The notes: generated by a model from the letters alone, not told the origin. A stretch of DNA of 64,000 nt from Octopus vulgaris (GCA_951406725.2 OX597819.1:7874001-7938000), one strand, 5' to 3'. Positions 1-14,094 are shown, counted from the stretch's first letter. A program made the numbers and translations.

Positions 1-273
1 GAGACACAGCTCTTTCAATTACAAAAGTAATAGTGTATTAATTTATATAAATGCTCTGCTTTGTCCTGGTGATATAAAACCACCGAGGAGTTCCTTGATT
101 CATTTTTCTTGTAGTTATCATCTTAAATATATATTAGTCTCCTCAAAAGAATTTAAGTTGTTTTTCAGAATGTCTTAGCAACTAATTCATCGATAGCCAT
201 AATTATAACACATGAATTAATTTCTTTAGTGGTGTTCACTAACAGAAGTAATTATACATTAGTAATAATGATA

Positions 274-670
274 TCTTTATATATAAAAGTGAAGTTGTGT
301 GTCTGTCTCCTACGATTTAGATTCCTAACTACTCCCACATTTTGCGGTGCAGTTTAACCAAAACCGGGTATCTTATAGTCGTGATTCATATCAAGCCCTT
401 CTCGGTATTAGCGCGCGTCTACGATGAGCTTACGATTAAAAAAAAAATTACCATCATTTTTTCCCATTTTAATGCATTTTTTCGCTATTATATAAGGGAA
501 GTAACTCTCTAAAAATGTCTACGATGAGTCAACGATTTAAAAAAAAATTTACCATAATTTTTTTTCCATTTTTAATGCATTTTTTTGCTAATTTTTGGCT
601 ATAACTCTCTAAAAATGCTTATATAGTTATTTCCCTTACAAACCCGAGCAACGCCGGGCGATACTGCTAG
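274..670 (+). mobile_element. Non-autonomous Helitron, copy 1 (2 internal ~100-bp repeat units)
   Basis: Starts TC (274), ends CTAG (667-670), inserted between A and T with no TSD. Subterminal hairpin CCCGAGCAACGCCGGG. Three more near-identical copies in the window. Confidence 0.85.
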
Positions 671-1559
671 TTTTTTTATAATCAACGTAATATGATTTCG
701 TAAGTACATACTGCTGTCCTGTTACTCGGTTGCAATAACACATCACTGCTAGATACCGATAAGTATAGCTTCAACGTAGTTTACAGACTGAAATAAGCGA
801 CGTTTATGTATTTATAATGTTTAATAGCATTCCATTTAATAATCAAGTTGTTCATGATACGGACTGAACCGTTATCTGCTATGGTTAATAAGTAAAAATG
901 CAGGAAAGATAAACTTTATTCGTCATACGTAGAAATGGACAAAAACCGAAATTTGTCAGAAATTATTTATTGCCCTGATCAAATCTTCTCACATTAAAAC
1001 AGGCTCATCTATTCAACTTATTAAAATGCTAAACTATAAATTGAACAGCAAATGGTTCTCATTCAGTAATGATTCCGTTGCTGATGCTTGACTCTTGGAA
1101 GTCATGATTGACCTTTGAGGTAAAACATTTCAACCATGATGATCCTGGCTTTTGTGGTTATACTGTTCCTTCTTTTATAGAATGATATATAAAAAAGAGC
1201 TGGAGTAGGATTTAAAAAGGTTTCACTGTTATTTCGTACATGCTGAGCAACAACACACGGACTTTCGAAAGTGCGTTGTGTATAGGCGTAACACAACTTT
1301 CAGTTATCCATTTCATCCAATCATATTGACTATTTTCTTTTTAGCTTACTGAACCGACTCCAAATATTGCGAAAGAAGAGAATATCAGTGTAAGAGCTCG
1401 ATATTCCTATTTTAACATAAATTAAACTCGAATAAATTCCAGTGAACCTCACTACCTACATAAAATATCTTTCAGAGAAATATTTGACGAATTCTGCAGT
1501 GAAAATTCCGATCAAATTTCACTCAATGGTTTTCTTCATTACCACACCAATATTGACCT

Positions 1560-2100
1560 TTTCTACTATAGGCACCAAGCCTGGAATTTGGCGGGAAGGG
1601 GGTAGTCGATTGCATCGACTCAAATACTTAACTGGTGTGGAGGCGCAATGGCCCAGTGGTTAGGGTAGCGGACTCGCGGTCATAGGATCGCGGTTTCGAT
1701 TCCCAGACCGGGTGTTGTGAGTGTTTATTGAGCGAAAACACCTAAAACTCCACGAGGCTCCGGCAGGGGATGGTGGTGATCGCTGCTGTACTCTTTCACC
1801 ACAACTTTCTCTCACTCTTACTTCCTGTTTCTGTTGTACCTGTATTTCAAAGGGCCGGCCTTGTCACTCTCTGTGTCACGCTGAATATCCCAGAGAACTA
1901 CGTTAAGGGTACACGTGTCTGTGGAGTGCTCAGCCACTTACACGTTAATTTCACGAGCAGGCTGTTCCGTTGATTCGGATCAACCGGAACCCTCGTCGTC
2001 GTAACCGACGGAGTGCTTCTAAAACTTAACTGGTACTTATTTCATCGACTTCGAAAGGATGAAAGGCAAAGTCGATCTCGGCGGATCGATACTCATATTA
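1560..2100 (-). mobile_element. SINE family C (MetaSINE-like), degenerate copy split by a family A SINE
   Basis: Matches the C body (gaaaggatgaaaggcaaagtcga) and continues on both sides of the A insertion. Confidence 0.7.
1637..2023 (+). mobile_element. tRNA-derived SINE family A, full length
   Basis: Pol III A box (TGGCCCAGTGG) and B-box-like GGTTTCGATTCC. 11-bp TSD ACTTAACTGGT at 1626-1636 and 2024-2034. Near-identical to other A copies. Confidence 0.92.
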
Positions 2101-3282
2101 TTAATCTCGGAGCGACGAGCGAAATCGGCAGCGCGATTTGAACTCAGACATGGAGCTGCATGACTAAATAATGCAAAGCCGTCGACCCACCGCTTTACCG
2201 TTCTAGCGTCTCATCATCCTCGTTCAAATTAAATCATAAAAACATTACACTGTGTTATTCTTCAATTTAATTGTATGTTTAATGAATACACAAAATCAAT
2301 AAGTGAATTAATAACATACAATCAACTTTATATGATTTCAAACCTCAGACCGTCAGTATGGTGAATGAAATCCGCTTCTTGGTTTTAGCTAATCATTAAT
2401 GAATTTGTATGATAAGTACAATTTTCCAGTTTTATATGAAAAATATATTTTTTTCTCTCTTGAGAGGCTCCTTAATGAGATTTTTTTAAATATATAAATT
2501 AGCAAAATATGGATTCTTCTCAAAGTATTTCTAATTATTGTGTAAGTTTAATTACTGCATAAGTCAATTAGGGTTAACAAATCTACTTCCATTCGAAGCT
2601 ACAAACCAATCTGCCAGTGAATAATGACTGTAATATCTAAGCCTGTAGAGAAAGCCAAATAATTGAATAACAAAAAGAAAAAAAAGGAAGGCAAAATTTG
2701 AATTATTAATCAGAGGTTGAATGCGCCAATTATTTTCTGACTAAGGTCGCAAATAAACAAAATTCCATGTAAACAAGTTTCTACAACAGTATAATATTTA
2801 AATGTATTACAGAGATACAAAGGAAAGAACGATTCATTCTGTTACAGCCCTTGGCCTTCAGTTACTTTAAAGCTTGTGTTTCAGTTTAATTAAGCAAGAA
2901 AGAAATTAGAAGTTTCACATAAGTGATTTTTTTCAGAAACTTTTGTTTAATATGCGTAGTTTTTCTTTCTTCTCCACAGCAGCCTCCATTAGCATTGAAT
3001 ATGTCGTTGACGATTTTTTTTCATCCTTTTTTAATATTTGAAGTCTTCCTATAAAGGAACTGACTATTAACCATGAAACAAAGCGCCATTACTTGCATTT
3101 AGATAACAACGGTGAAAAGTTACAAGTCGAACTTTAGAAAAGGTCTTGTATATTTTTACTCTTTCGTCTATAAATTGTATTTGTGAAGTGCGTATTAGCT
3201 AGGCACTGGGTTGTGGGATCTGCGAAATGATAACAGCTTTTTCTGAAAACACCCCATCATTTTGAAATTGAAATGCAGATAT

Positions 3283-3620
3283 AGGCGCAGGAGTGGCTGT
3301 GTGGAGGCGCAGGACCAATGCCTTGTGAGTGGATTTGGTAGACGGAAACTGAAAGAAGCCTGTCGTATATATGTATATATATATGTGTGTTTGTGTATCT
3401 GTGTTTGTCCCCCTAGCATTGCTTGACAACCGATGCTGGTGTGTTTACGTCCCCGTCACTTAGCGGTTCGGCAAAAGAGACCGATAGAATAAGTACTAGG
3501 CTTACAAAGAATAAGTCCTAGGGTCGATATGCTCGACTAAAAAAAAAAGGCGGTGCTCCAGCATGGCCACAGTCAAATGACTGATACAAGTAAAAAGAGT
3601 AAAAAAAAAGAGTAAAGAGT
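3283..3620 (+). mobile_element. SINE family B (CORE-like), copy with internal deletion
   Basis: B head AGGCGCAGGAGTGGCTGTGTGG, internal (TA)/(TG) tract and (GAGTAAAA)-like tail. Lacks ~80 bp of the head/CORE region. Confidence 0.88.
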
Positions 3621-3954
3621 AAAGCCAAAATGGATATAAATCCACATTTCTATAATTATAGATATGAACTCTATTGGTAGGAATTAATTTTAGATATAAA
3701 TGTAAAACCAAGGTCGCGAAATTGTAGCTTTCGAAGTATTTTTCCGTAAAGAATTTCACTGACTTTGAAAAGAAAAAGAAAAGAAAAGCAAGAAATAAAA
3801 AAAGCAGAAACAAATTCTCACATCTGCAGGGTTGCTGACATCTATAAAACATTATAATTTTCCTGTCTCAAACTCTATTAGGCTTATTATATTTGTCTTT
3901 GGCAGACGTTTTGATAGGAATGTGCCATCAATTTTCCTTATATTGATACATATG

Positions 3955-4235
3955 TGGAAGCACTCCGTCGGTTCCGACGACGAGGGTTCCGGTTGATCCG
4001 AATCAACGGAACAGCCTGCTCGTGAAATTAACGTGTAAGTGGCTGAGCACTCCACAGACACGTGTACCCTTAACGTAGTTCTCGGGGATATTCAGCGTGA
4101 CACAGAGAGTGACAAGGCCGGCCCTTTGAAATACAGGTACAACAGAAACAGGAAGTAAGAGTGAGAGAAAGTTGTGGTGAAAGAGTACAGCAGGGATCAC
4201 CACCATCCACTGCCGAAGCCTCGTGGAGCTTTTAG
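3955..4235 (-). mobile_element. SINE family A, 5'-truncated (no tRNA head)
   Basis: Reverse complement of the A body. GTGGAAG occurs at both ends (3954-3960, 4236-4242). Confidence 0.88.
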
Positions 4236-5763
4236 GTGGAAGGGTATCTTTTTTTCTTCGCAAATGTAAATAAACCCAATCTGTTTCTTAAACAAGGGAC
4301 ATATTCATACAGCACGGAATCTTTTCACCCCAAATGGAGGTGAGCGATTGGTTAAAATTGCCGAAATGCTCGAAATTTCAGACGAAATATCTTACAAACT
4401 ATAGACTTTTCTCAATAAAGCCAAGAAAAAATGATGTATTATAAACACATTCTACCAGTATACGAAGTTTAAAAGTGTTTAGTTAACTAGAAGTTGTGTT
4501 GACATGTGCCGTTCAAAAGGAAAAAATCCCAATGCATTTCTGTATATCAGCTGAAAACAATACTAAATATTTCTCGATGGAATTATGAGTAACACTGGGG
4601 TCCCTTACTGTTGTAGACCCTGACTCTTTGTAAAAGAAATAACAATGGCATTAGTGTCACAATAAAGAGAAGACAGAAAGAAAGCCTCCTTGAAATAATC
4701 TCTTTGGTATTGATACGACAATCGGTCTGTTTTCGGTTACATGTTCAATGATTATTTAGTTGGTTTTTATGAGCATCAGTTAGTGAAGCAGGTATTTTTG
4801 TTAAGCATCCATGACACCAGCAATCAGGAATGGGGAAGAGAATGGATCATCTTTCTAACAATGCCATACGAAGTTTCTATGATGTTTTCTTACTTCAGAC
4901 AACTGAAGTATGAATAGTCTTGAAGGACTACGCACTTAAAAACGATAGTAGGGGAGCCTTTTCTTAAGAAAAAAAAAAAAAATTGAAATCGATGTAAATT
5001 CATGGATTTCCCCTCGTGCCCGCACGGCAGCGATCGCCATTAAAATTCTTTTCTCCATCGTTTTTTTTTCAACTCAAAATGAAAGGTAATTTCTTTCAAA
5101 TTTTCCCATTCGACACTAACAAAAGAATAGAAGAATTGAAAAACAATATGGAACCATATTTATCCGGTATTTATGAATCATTTGTGTTTATGTGAATATT
5201 TTGGGATCATTTCGAAAGAACTTTCATCATTGGAATTTCCATATTTAAATTGTTCTTTAATTGTTTAATAGGTGAGAACTTCTTCCAAAATTCATTTCTA
5301 ATGAAATCGAAGTAATTGTATTCGAGTACTGTGTACAAATGACTGCGGATGTTGGTATGAAGCAACTAAAAAGGGCTTTGAATTTACAAGTGTTCTTGTA
5401 AATGCTTTTGTCATGGTGGAATCAGTTCATTTTGTGTACTGAGCTGAACATGTATACTATCCATGTTTTAATTCGACACTAGCGAGTGCTTTAGTGGAGG
5501 AAAGTTCAATAGATTTTCGTGAATTTCAAGTACATTTTTTAAAAAACAACGGTTTTCCCCATCCTTTTTTAAGTAAGTAGTACAAACGGAATTTGAGAAG
5601 TTTACCATAAGGGCCCCGGGGAGGGGAGAGATTGAAAATAGATTTCCAAAATTTTGTTTTCATAAAAGGCTTCCTTACATCATTTTGAAGTGCATGGTGA
5701 AAAAAATTTGAAAAAAATCCCCGTCAAAACAGAGTAAATCTAACTTATGTGGGTGAGCTGTTC

Positions 5764-5875
<112 letters not shown>

Positions 5876-6458
5876 ACGTGTTTTATCAAATATAAGGGTG
5901 GCATTTGAAAGCATTTGTGCTCGTTGGCTAGAATGTTTTGAGGTAATCGTCTGTCACTGTGTACTCTGAGTTCAATTCCAGCTGTCGTGATCATCTTTGC
6001 TCTTCATCTCTTCGGGGTTGTTTAATAAAGGTACCATTCCTCTATTGGCTTCGTTTCTTTCACATCTCTTTCTACATTTTCTTTCTACTAGCCTATCTAT
6101 CTCTATTTCTGGAAGAAATCAACACTTCAGATGTGGAGAGACATGTGCTCTGCCAAATCCCTAAGTACCCAAGACATTTCATATTTTAGGACGGTATATA
6201 TACTAGTTGAAGACCATAGGCAAGACGGCATGCGTGCATGCATACGTACATACATACATACATACATACATACATACATACATACATACATGCGTGTGTT
6301 GCATATATATGTATGCACACATGCACACACACATGTAATCGACTGTAAAATTAATATGTCACTCATTGGCCGAGTTTCGTAAGTTGCACTTGCACGAAAT
6401 TCTCGACGCATATATATGCGTGTGTGTAGGGAGAAAGAGAAATAGAGACATAGATAAA

Positions 6459-6510
<52 letters not shown>

Positions 6511-6513
<3 letters not shown>

Positions 6514-6737
6514 CTTTACTGCCCATAAGGGGCTAAACATAGAGGGGACAAACAAGGACAGACAAAGGGATTAAGTTGATTGCATCGACCCCAGTGCGTA
6601 ACTGGTACTTAATTTATCGACCCCGAAAGGATGAAAGGCAAAGTCGACCTCGGCGTAATTTGAACTCAGAACGTAACGACAGACGAAATACTGCTAAGCA
6701 TTTCGCCCAGCGCGCTAACGCTTCTGCCAGCTCGCCG
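6511..6737 (-). mobile_element. SINE family C, near full length
   Basis: Minus strand reads tRNA-like head GGCGAGCTGGCAGAA...GAGTTCAAAT, then CCGAGGTCGACTTTGCCTTTCATCCTTTCGGGGTCGATAAA (resembles the Meta domain), then a tail ending TAAAGAAA. Confidence 0.85.
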
Positions 6738-8470
6738 TGTGTGTATATATATGTTATTTAGACATGCGCATATACACTCACACTATTATAATCGGTTTAC
6801 TGTCTGATTTTGTGTTTAAACTAGAAAACGCTATTATTACTATCTTGCCCTGCTGCACAAAAACAGTGTTTAGAAAATTTCCTGAAATAGACAGAAGCCT
6901 GAAGAGAAATAGAAGATAAATTTAATTTCCTTTAAAAAAAATACCAACTTTTTTTTAACAGAATATGTGCTATTCCAAAGACTTGTGATTTCATACATGA
7001 AAGGCTTACCCGGCAGCTCTCCGATTTACTGCTTTGTATCAGATCTCACTAATCCCAATAGCTCTGTAATTAAGTGGCTGCTCTAGTATCTTCATCTCCA
7101 ATATTTCTATTTCCATATATTTGTATTTTTTTTTTGGAGAGTTTAAAATATTTATATAATTATTCCGCATATTGTTATTTTCTCTTTATTGTTGTCTCTT
7201 TGGCAGACTACAGCAGTAAGTCTACATCACTGAGGATATCAGAGCAATACACTCGACACTGCTTATCTTTGTCTATGCGCATTTGGATATCACGGGGAAT
7301 CATTCCGTTTTTATACTTCTCAGCCGTGCCTCGATTATTTTTTGATGATGGAAGGTCCTAAATTTCCTGATATATTTGCTATTGGATGACAAAATTATAG
7401 TACAAAACAGCAAAGCACTAATTAATTAAACAATAATAGTCTATGCGTATTAATTAGGTGAAACGGAGCATTGAGAAATAAATCTTTTTCGCGGTCAAGA
7501 ATGACGACTGGATACGAACCACCTATCTTTCGTTCAGAAAACCGGTATCCAAACACAAGTCTGCTAACGGAGACTTTAAGTGAACATTATAAAATATTTG
7601 AATAATGGCTGCAGAAAAGAGAAGAGAAACGGAATAACTATTTTTCTTCTATGCAATATTTCCCATTAGTAATGAGTTACATTTGGTTTCTAAATTTATT
7701 GCGACAGCAATTCCACTATATTTGCTTTATATATTGTTTGAATAGACATATTTCATTCGTTTTGGTGACAGATAATACCAAAAGTGAAAGTTAGCAAATT
7801 CAAGTAATATTTTCCTCAAGTAAACATCTACAGATTGAATTGCTGTCTTCTGCATAGGCCAGGTTTCCAAAGAAGTTGTTTACATTAAGCCTGAAAAATT
7901 AGTTGACCCAAGAAAGAAAGAAATAAGAATATTATTTAATTCTCTACTAAATGATTTCTATTTCTTCTTGTTTGCTTACTCCAAAATGCCATATATTTTA
8001 CGTTTGTAACCATGTGACATTCGTGTCAGTATATCGTGATATTGCCGAATTGCAGCGTGGAAGTTTGCATAGAAATATGACTCAGTATTAATCTATGAAC
8101 TTTCTACGTATTATAAAGAGAAGGTTTAACACTTCAGTACGCTGTATCGTCATATTGTAATATCTCTTCGTAGCTAGTAATGTCACGCAATTCATTAGGT
8201 CGTTATTGCATCACAGAAGTCTCTTATGTTCATATATTACAACATGGCAAAAAGATCGGCACACACTAGATTATAGAATATTAACGAATAAACGTATAGG
8301 AACAAGGTAGGCCACGGTTGTGTGAATGTGAAGTTCGTTTAGCAACTAAAGCGGGATTCTTGACTCAACTCCACTGCAAAGCATTTTGGGCAAATTTCTT
8401 CTGCCTCAGCCTCGAGTTGAGGAATAACTAGTAAGAGAAAGTTGGTAGACGGAAATAGTATGGATGTTTT

Positions 8471-8531
<61 letters not shown>

Positions 8532-9167
8532 CGCGCGCACGTATATAAGTATGCTTGTATATAAATGAGTAGTATAAGATATAGATTCGTAGTATCGTGT
8601 GGCTATCACAGTATGCTCCTCTTACGGACTCGGCTATCAGTCCACGTAGCAATCAATTACAAAAGTGTGCATGTAATTGAAAACCCGCAAAATCCGAGCG
8701 ATAAAATTATTCTTTGAGGAGTATATATAAACATAAAGTCAGGAGATATGAGAGGTGAATATATATTTATTTAACCACGTGACTACCACTGGATCACGGT
8801 CTTTTCGCAACTTCCTTCATGTAATATTATTTCCAGCATGTAAGAAATTATACATACGTGTTTGCGTTAATGTGTATTCTCAGCATTATACAATACAATT
8901 GTATATTCACAAAGCAATGCAAATAAAGAAAGCTAGCTCATCAGATCACCGGAACTTCAAAGCTACATCAACAGTTTAACTGTTGGTCAGAATAACGATA
9001 AACCTGTGCATTCAGAAAAATTGACATTTTGCTATTTGTTTCGCCCGAGTTGCACAGGCATTTCCTTGTTACTCTCGCCACCGGAAATTTAGTGAACTAA
9101 TAATCAGACCATTGGAAACTTATCATAAAATGCACGAGACATTAAAGGGATATCGGGTACAAAATTG

Positions 9168-9323
9168 TGTTAGATAAACATTTAGACCTGTATGTATGCA
9201 TTTATGTATATATTTATGTAGGTACTTATGTATGTATGTACGTTCGTATGTATATATATATATATGTTTATGTATGTATATGTATGTATATGTTTACGTA
9301 TATGAGTATATATGTAGATAGAT

Positions 9324-9411
<88 letters not shown>
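9168..9411. repeat. Left arm of a long-range inverted repeat (unique sequence + TATG-like array + (AGAT)n)
   Basis: TGTTAGATAAACATTTAGACCTGTATG... is the reverse complement of 12455-12728. Confidence 0.85.
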
Positions 9412-9412
<1 letters not shown>

Positions 9413-9850
9413 TGCTGCCACTGAAAGTTGCTTATCATCAAGATGCTTAACTTTCAACGATTATTTCTATTAAGTTGTAAGTAGGTACCCCTGGGGAAAA
9501 TAAATGGCTCACTACTCAAAGCGGTGGTCGCTATGTAACATCTACTAGTTTTCTTGTCTTCTGGCATTTCAAATACAAAAACACTAACTATGCATTTCTG
9601 CATTCAATTATTTTTCTGTATACCCAACCACCACCACCGTCGCTACTGATAGTAGACACACCACGAACGACAACCGCCCCATCATTACAACGACTTCACA
9701 GATACCCCCATCCAATACAACGATATCTGCTGCCGCCGCCTCTACCGCTTCATCAGTAAAACTTGAAAGACAATAACATTTTTTTTCCTAGATCTTTCTA
9801 ATTTATGAACCGAATTAAGAAAGTAAGGAGATAGAGAAGGTGGAGTAAGT

Positions 9851-10208
9851 ACTCTCTTTCTCTCTCTTTTACTCTTTTACTTGTTTCAGTCATTTGACTG
9901 CGGCCATGCTGGAGCACCGCCTTTAATCGAGCAACTCGACTCCGGGACTTATTCTTTTGTAAGACCAGTACTTATTCTATCGGTCTCTTTTGCTGAACCG
10001 CTAAGTAACGGGGACATAAACACACCAGCATCGGTTGTCAAACAATGCTAGGGCTTCTTTCAGTTTCCGTCTACCAAATCCACTCACAAGGCATTGGTCG
10101 GCCCGGGGCTATAGTAGAAGACACTTGCCCAAGGTGCCACGCAGTGGGACTGAACCCGGAACCATGTGGTTGGTAAACAAGCTACTTACCACACAGCCAC
10201 TCCTGCGC
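9851..10208 (-). mobile_element. SINE family B lacking the internal microsatellite
   Basis: Reverse complement of the B consensus, with a deletion across the (TA)/(TG) tract. Confidence 0.9.
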
Positions 10209-10483
10209 TAAGTAGGGGTGGAATGGATGGAAATATTGTAGTAGAGGGATAGCTGGTCAAGTTATGGCCGTTTACGTTGCACTGTGTTGTTGTTGGGGAG
10301 CCTCTGATCGCACATTTGTCCATAACACTGTCTTATCCGTTGTGTTCTTCCTTAGGAGACATTTGATAATGTAGACCGAGAGACAGCGTATGACATGGAA
10401 GAGGATAATATATTTGCTATTTCTAGCAGACCCAACGACCATACGGGATTACAGGGGGAGAAGGAAACCAATGAATGAATCTT

Positions 10484-11070
10484 TACGTGGTCGCTCAATC
10501 TGCTAGAAATACGAAGGAAGTCTCTATCAAACTCATCCCTATCCTCGAACACAAGGAGACGTTAGATGAAGTGATGCTGGGCTTCATGCACATAGAAAAA
10601 AGTCAGAGTGCTTACCGCTAGAATGATATTGGAGGCGCAATGGCCCAGTGGTTAGGGCAGCGGACTCGCGGTCATAGGATCGCGGTTTCGATTCCCAGAC
10701 CGGGCGTTGTGAGTATTTATTGAGCGAAAACACCTAAAAGCTCCACGAGGCTCCGGCAGGGGATGGTGGTGATCCCTGCTGTACTCTTTCACCACAACTT
10801 TCTCTCACTCTTACTTCCTGTTTCTGTTGTACCTGTATTTCAAAGGGCCGGCCTTGTCACTCACTGTGTCACGCTGAATATCCCCGAGAACTACGTTAAG
10901 GGTACACGTGTCTGTGGAGTGCTCAGCCACTTACACGTTAATTTCACGAGCAGGCTGTTCCGTTGATTCGGATCAACCGGAACCCTCATCGTCGTAAACG
11001 ACGGAGTGCTTCCAGAATGATATTGCTCCAGGGTCTATTAAGTCAAGGTTGAGAGGAAACTAAACAACAG
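10484..11070 (+). mobile_element. Old repeat family G (SINE-like), hosting an A insertion
   Basis: Diverged motif like gtc.ctc.acctgctagaaatagcagccaaatct recurs near 11845, 12900, 19190, 24172, 26015, 44405 and 51930; some copies end in AAC-rich tails. Confidence 0.55.
10631..11013 (+). mobile_element. SINE family A, full length
   Basis: TSD AGAATGATATTG at 10620-10631 and 11014-11025. Confidence 0.92.
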
Positions 11071-12454
11071 CTGTTACAACTGGTGGGTGACGATGTTTGG
11101 CGTTTAGTGCTTTATACAGAATCTAGGAGTTAAGGAGAGAAGTGGCAAATGTATGAAAAACATTTAGGTAGGATAATTATATACACTCTTCAAGGTTGTG
11201 GTTAGATATAGCAAATATATAGCGAGTAAATGATGTTCCAGTGAGTGAGATATCGCGCAATCAAGTGTAAGGTCAATGATTCATACTATATCATCTGCAA
11301 TGTACTGCTAAGGTATCTAACCACTTTTGTCACTTGTAAATAATCACCAGTATTTATAGTTACAAGTAGTGACAGCAATACTATAAAAATGAGGAAGCTT
11401 TCACTGAGTTCAATTACTTGGATAATAGACTGGCATTTTGTACACTGAAGATTTCTCATTCATCCTCTAAACACACACGCGCACACAAAATAAACCCCAA
11501 CAAAAGCAGTGGCATAGTAGACCGTTGAAATGAGTTATATGGCAGAAATACATCTGGTTGATGGACACAGCTAAAGGGCATTGTTAGTGTCTCTGTATTC
11601 GCTATCTCTAACGGTCGAGCGTTCCTCATTGACGAGACCGAGGAAGGTCGAAATCACATGGTAGTCTCGACGCTGGAGAGACCACCAGGCTTATCTCCCC
11701 GCTGGCGATATAAACAAGCGTGCGTTTTGCACCAAAAGCCAATATGAGGGTTTCTCTCATGGTATCTGCCCAACTAAAGTAATGTGTCAGGTAGTTCTTA
11801 ATCAGATTCCAAATGTAACACTATTGGTAATACAAAGCTACGTGATCCGTTGACATGCTAGAAATAGTAGCCGAATCTACCACAAACTCAAATCACGTCT
11901 GATATAATAAAGGATACATTGAACAAGATAGTATCCGATTTATATAAAGACGGGACAGCCGGGATTTGAACGCCTTTGTCACTGGTTTGATTCGTTTGAA
12001 TCAATAACATCTCATAGTTTCGATAGCTGATCCACTACTGCTACAGCAGCTGGACATAACAGGTGTAGATTAACAGCCCGGACTTGAACTCAGAGTGACT
12101 ACGTTAGAAAGTCTGACGCTTGATCAGTGAGCTAGAAATGATCTGAATATTAGATTTGTGTTGAGTGTTGCCATTACAACCATTTAGGGATTCCGAGAAC
12201 CCAATGAAAAGGATGTTAACATGAATACACCACAAAGAAAGAAAATGCATTCACGTTTTCTATGAAGACTTATCTATTATTTATGAAATCGATGTCCTTA
12301 CATTTATTTACCACTCTACTCCATGGTAAGGTGTTGGCACGCGAGGTGGTCCCCTGCTGCGTAATAAAGGCCTGCATCTAGCAGTAGGTGACAACTTCTC
12401 TTCTTTTCTTCCATTGATTGGTTGGCATGTATGCATATATGTATGGGGGGATGG

Positions 12455-12536
<82 letters not shown>

Positions 12537-12728
12537 TTACATATATACTCATATACGTAAACATATACATACATATACATACATAAACATATATATACAT
12601 ACATACGAACGTACATACATACATACGTACCTACATAAATATATACAAAAATACATACATACATACATACGTACCTACATAAATATATTCATAAATACAT
12701 ACATACAGGTCTAAATGTTTATCTAACA
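12455..12728. repeat. Right arm of the long-range inverted repeat
   Basis: (CTAT)n + TACA-like array + ...CAGGTCTAAATGTTTATCTAACA; reverse complement of 9168-9411. Confidence 0.85.
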
Positions 12729-12952
12729 TAGAAATTGGTGAGTCAAATTCATTTAGAACTTATCCCAAATGATCTAATATCAGGAAATATTTTCTCCTTA
12801 TGAGTGGCTTCATATATTATAGACAAAGTAGTATGTAAGCGCCCGTGAATTTGAGGAAAGTTCCAGATATTTGAACTTATCACCATGAAACAAAGGAAAC
12901 TCTACGCAGTTGTGCGACTTGTTAGAAATAGCAGTCAAATACATACATAAGA

Positions 12953-13146
12953 GTCTTTTAGTCTTTTAGTCTTTTACTTGTTTCAGTCATTTGACTGCGG
13001 CCATACTGGAGCACCGCCTTTAGTCGAGAAAATCGACCCCGGGACTTATTCTTTGTAAGCCCAGTACTTATTCTATCGGTCTCTTTTGCCGAACCGTTAA
13101 GTGACGAGGGACCACCATCGGTTGTCAAGCAATGCTAGAGGGACAA

Positions 13147-13191
<45 letters not shown>

Positions 13192-13343
13192 CATATATAC
13201 GACAGGCTTCTTTCAGTTTCCGTCTACCAAATCCACTCACAAGGCTATAGCAGAAGACACTTGCCCAAGATGCTACACAGTGGGACTGAACCCGGAACCA
13301 TGTGGTTGGTTAGCAAGCTATTTACCACACAGCCACTCCTGCG
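12953..13343 (-). mobile_element. SINE family B
   Basis: Reverse complement of the B consensus, with internal (CA)/(TA) tract. Confidence 0.9.
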
Positions 13344-13828
13344 GAGTGTTGGTAGAATATTCCCCTTAGAGCTTCTACCAAGACATTACATAACATGCCA
13401 GATATTATTTGGGACACAACAAGAAAAGTATGTACCGTCATGGAGATCAGCTGTCCTACTGATGTGAATATCTCTTCAAAATGAGGATAAATATGGACGA
13501 TTATTTCGAAACTTTCAGCTTTCTAACTTAGATTAAGTTCTCATTTACACTAATAATAATTGGGGTATTTGCTTTTCTGAGTAAATGCCTACGTGGCAAT
13601 TTGAGAAAGCGTGAATTTTCAGAAAAAAAAACCCCAACCAGCTGCTCTCCATATTACAAATACAATCTATAAGTTAGACAGTAACGGTATGGAAGGCTTA
13701 TTAAGTAAAAAAAGCGTGACATTGTTTTTGTTATCAACGTTCTAATGACTGAGATTTGTTGTCAGAAACCGATTCCTTCCACAAGGGAAGAATTCAAATG
13801 ATTAAAATTAGAAGAGAAATAGACACAG

Positions 13829-13829
<1 letters not shown>

Positions 13830-13907
<78 letters not shown>

Positions 13908-13935
13908 TATAGATATAGATGTATGTATATATCTT

Positions 13936-13976
<41 letters not shown>

Positions 13977-14053
13977 GTATATATAGATATATATGTATGT
14001 ATATATATATATATATGTATATATATATGTATACATATATATACATACACACA

Positions 14054-14094
<41 letters not shown>

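Noticed and set aside
1639-1712. tRNA-like sequence
   Set aside because: SINE head with A/B boxes but no complete cloverleaf; attached to a SINE body with TSDs.
1770-1973. Recurrent 67-aa ORF MVVIPAVLFHHNF... (several copies)
   Set aside because: It is the interior of SINE A; recurrence reflects SINE copy number, not a gene family.
7210-7359. Minus-strand 49-codon frame after AG containing MIPRDIQMRI, faintly histone-fold-like
   Set aside because: Similarity is limited to a few residues and the acceptor is weak; not supportable without a search.
8791-8950. Minus-strand CTGATGA...GCGAAA hammerhead-like pair
   Set aside because: Stem III and the triplet do not fit, and the spacer is ~130 nt; at most a decayed relic.
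11625-11672. TTGACGA-GACC..GGTC-GAAA hammerhead-like motif
   Set aside because: The core C is substituted and stem I does not pair next to the core.
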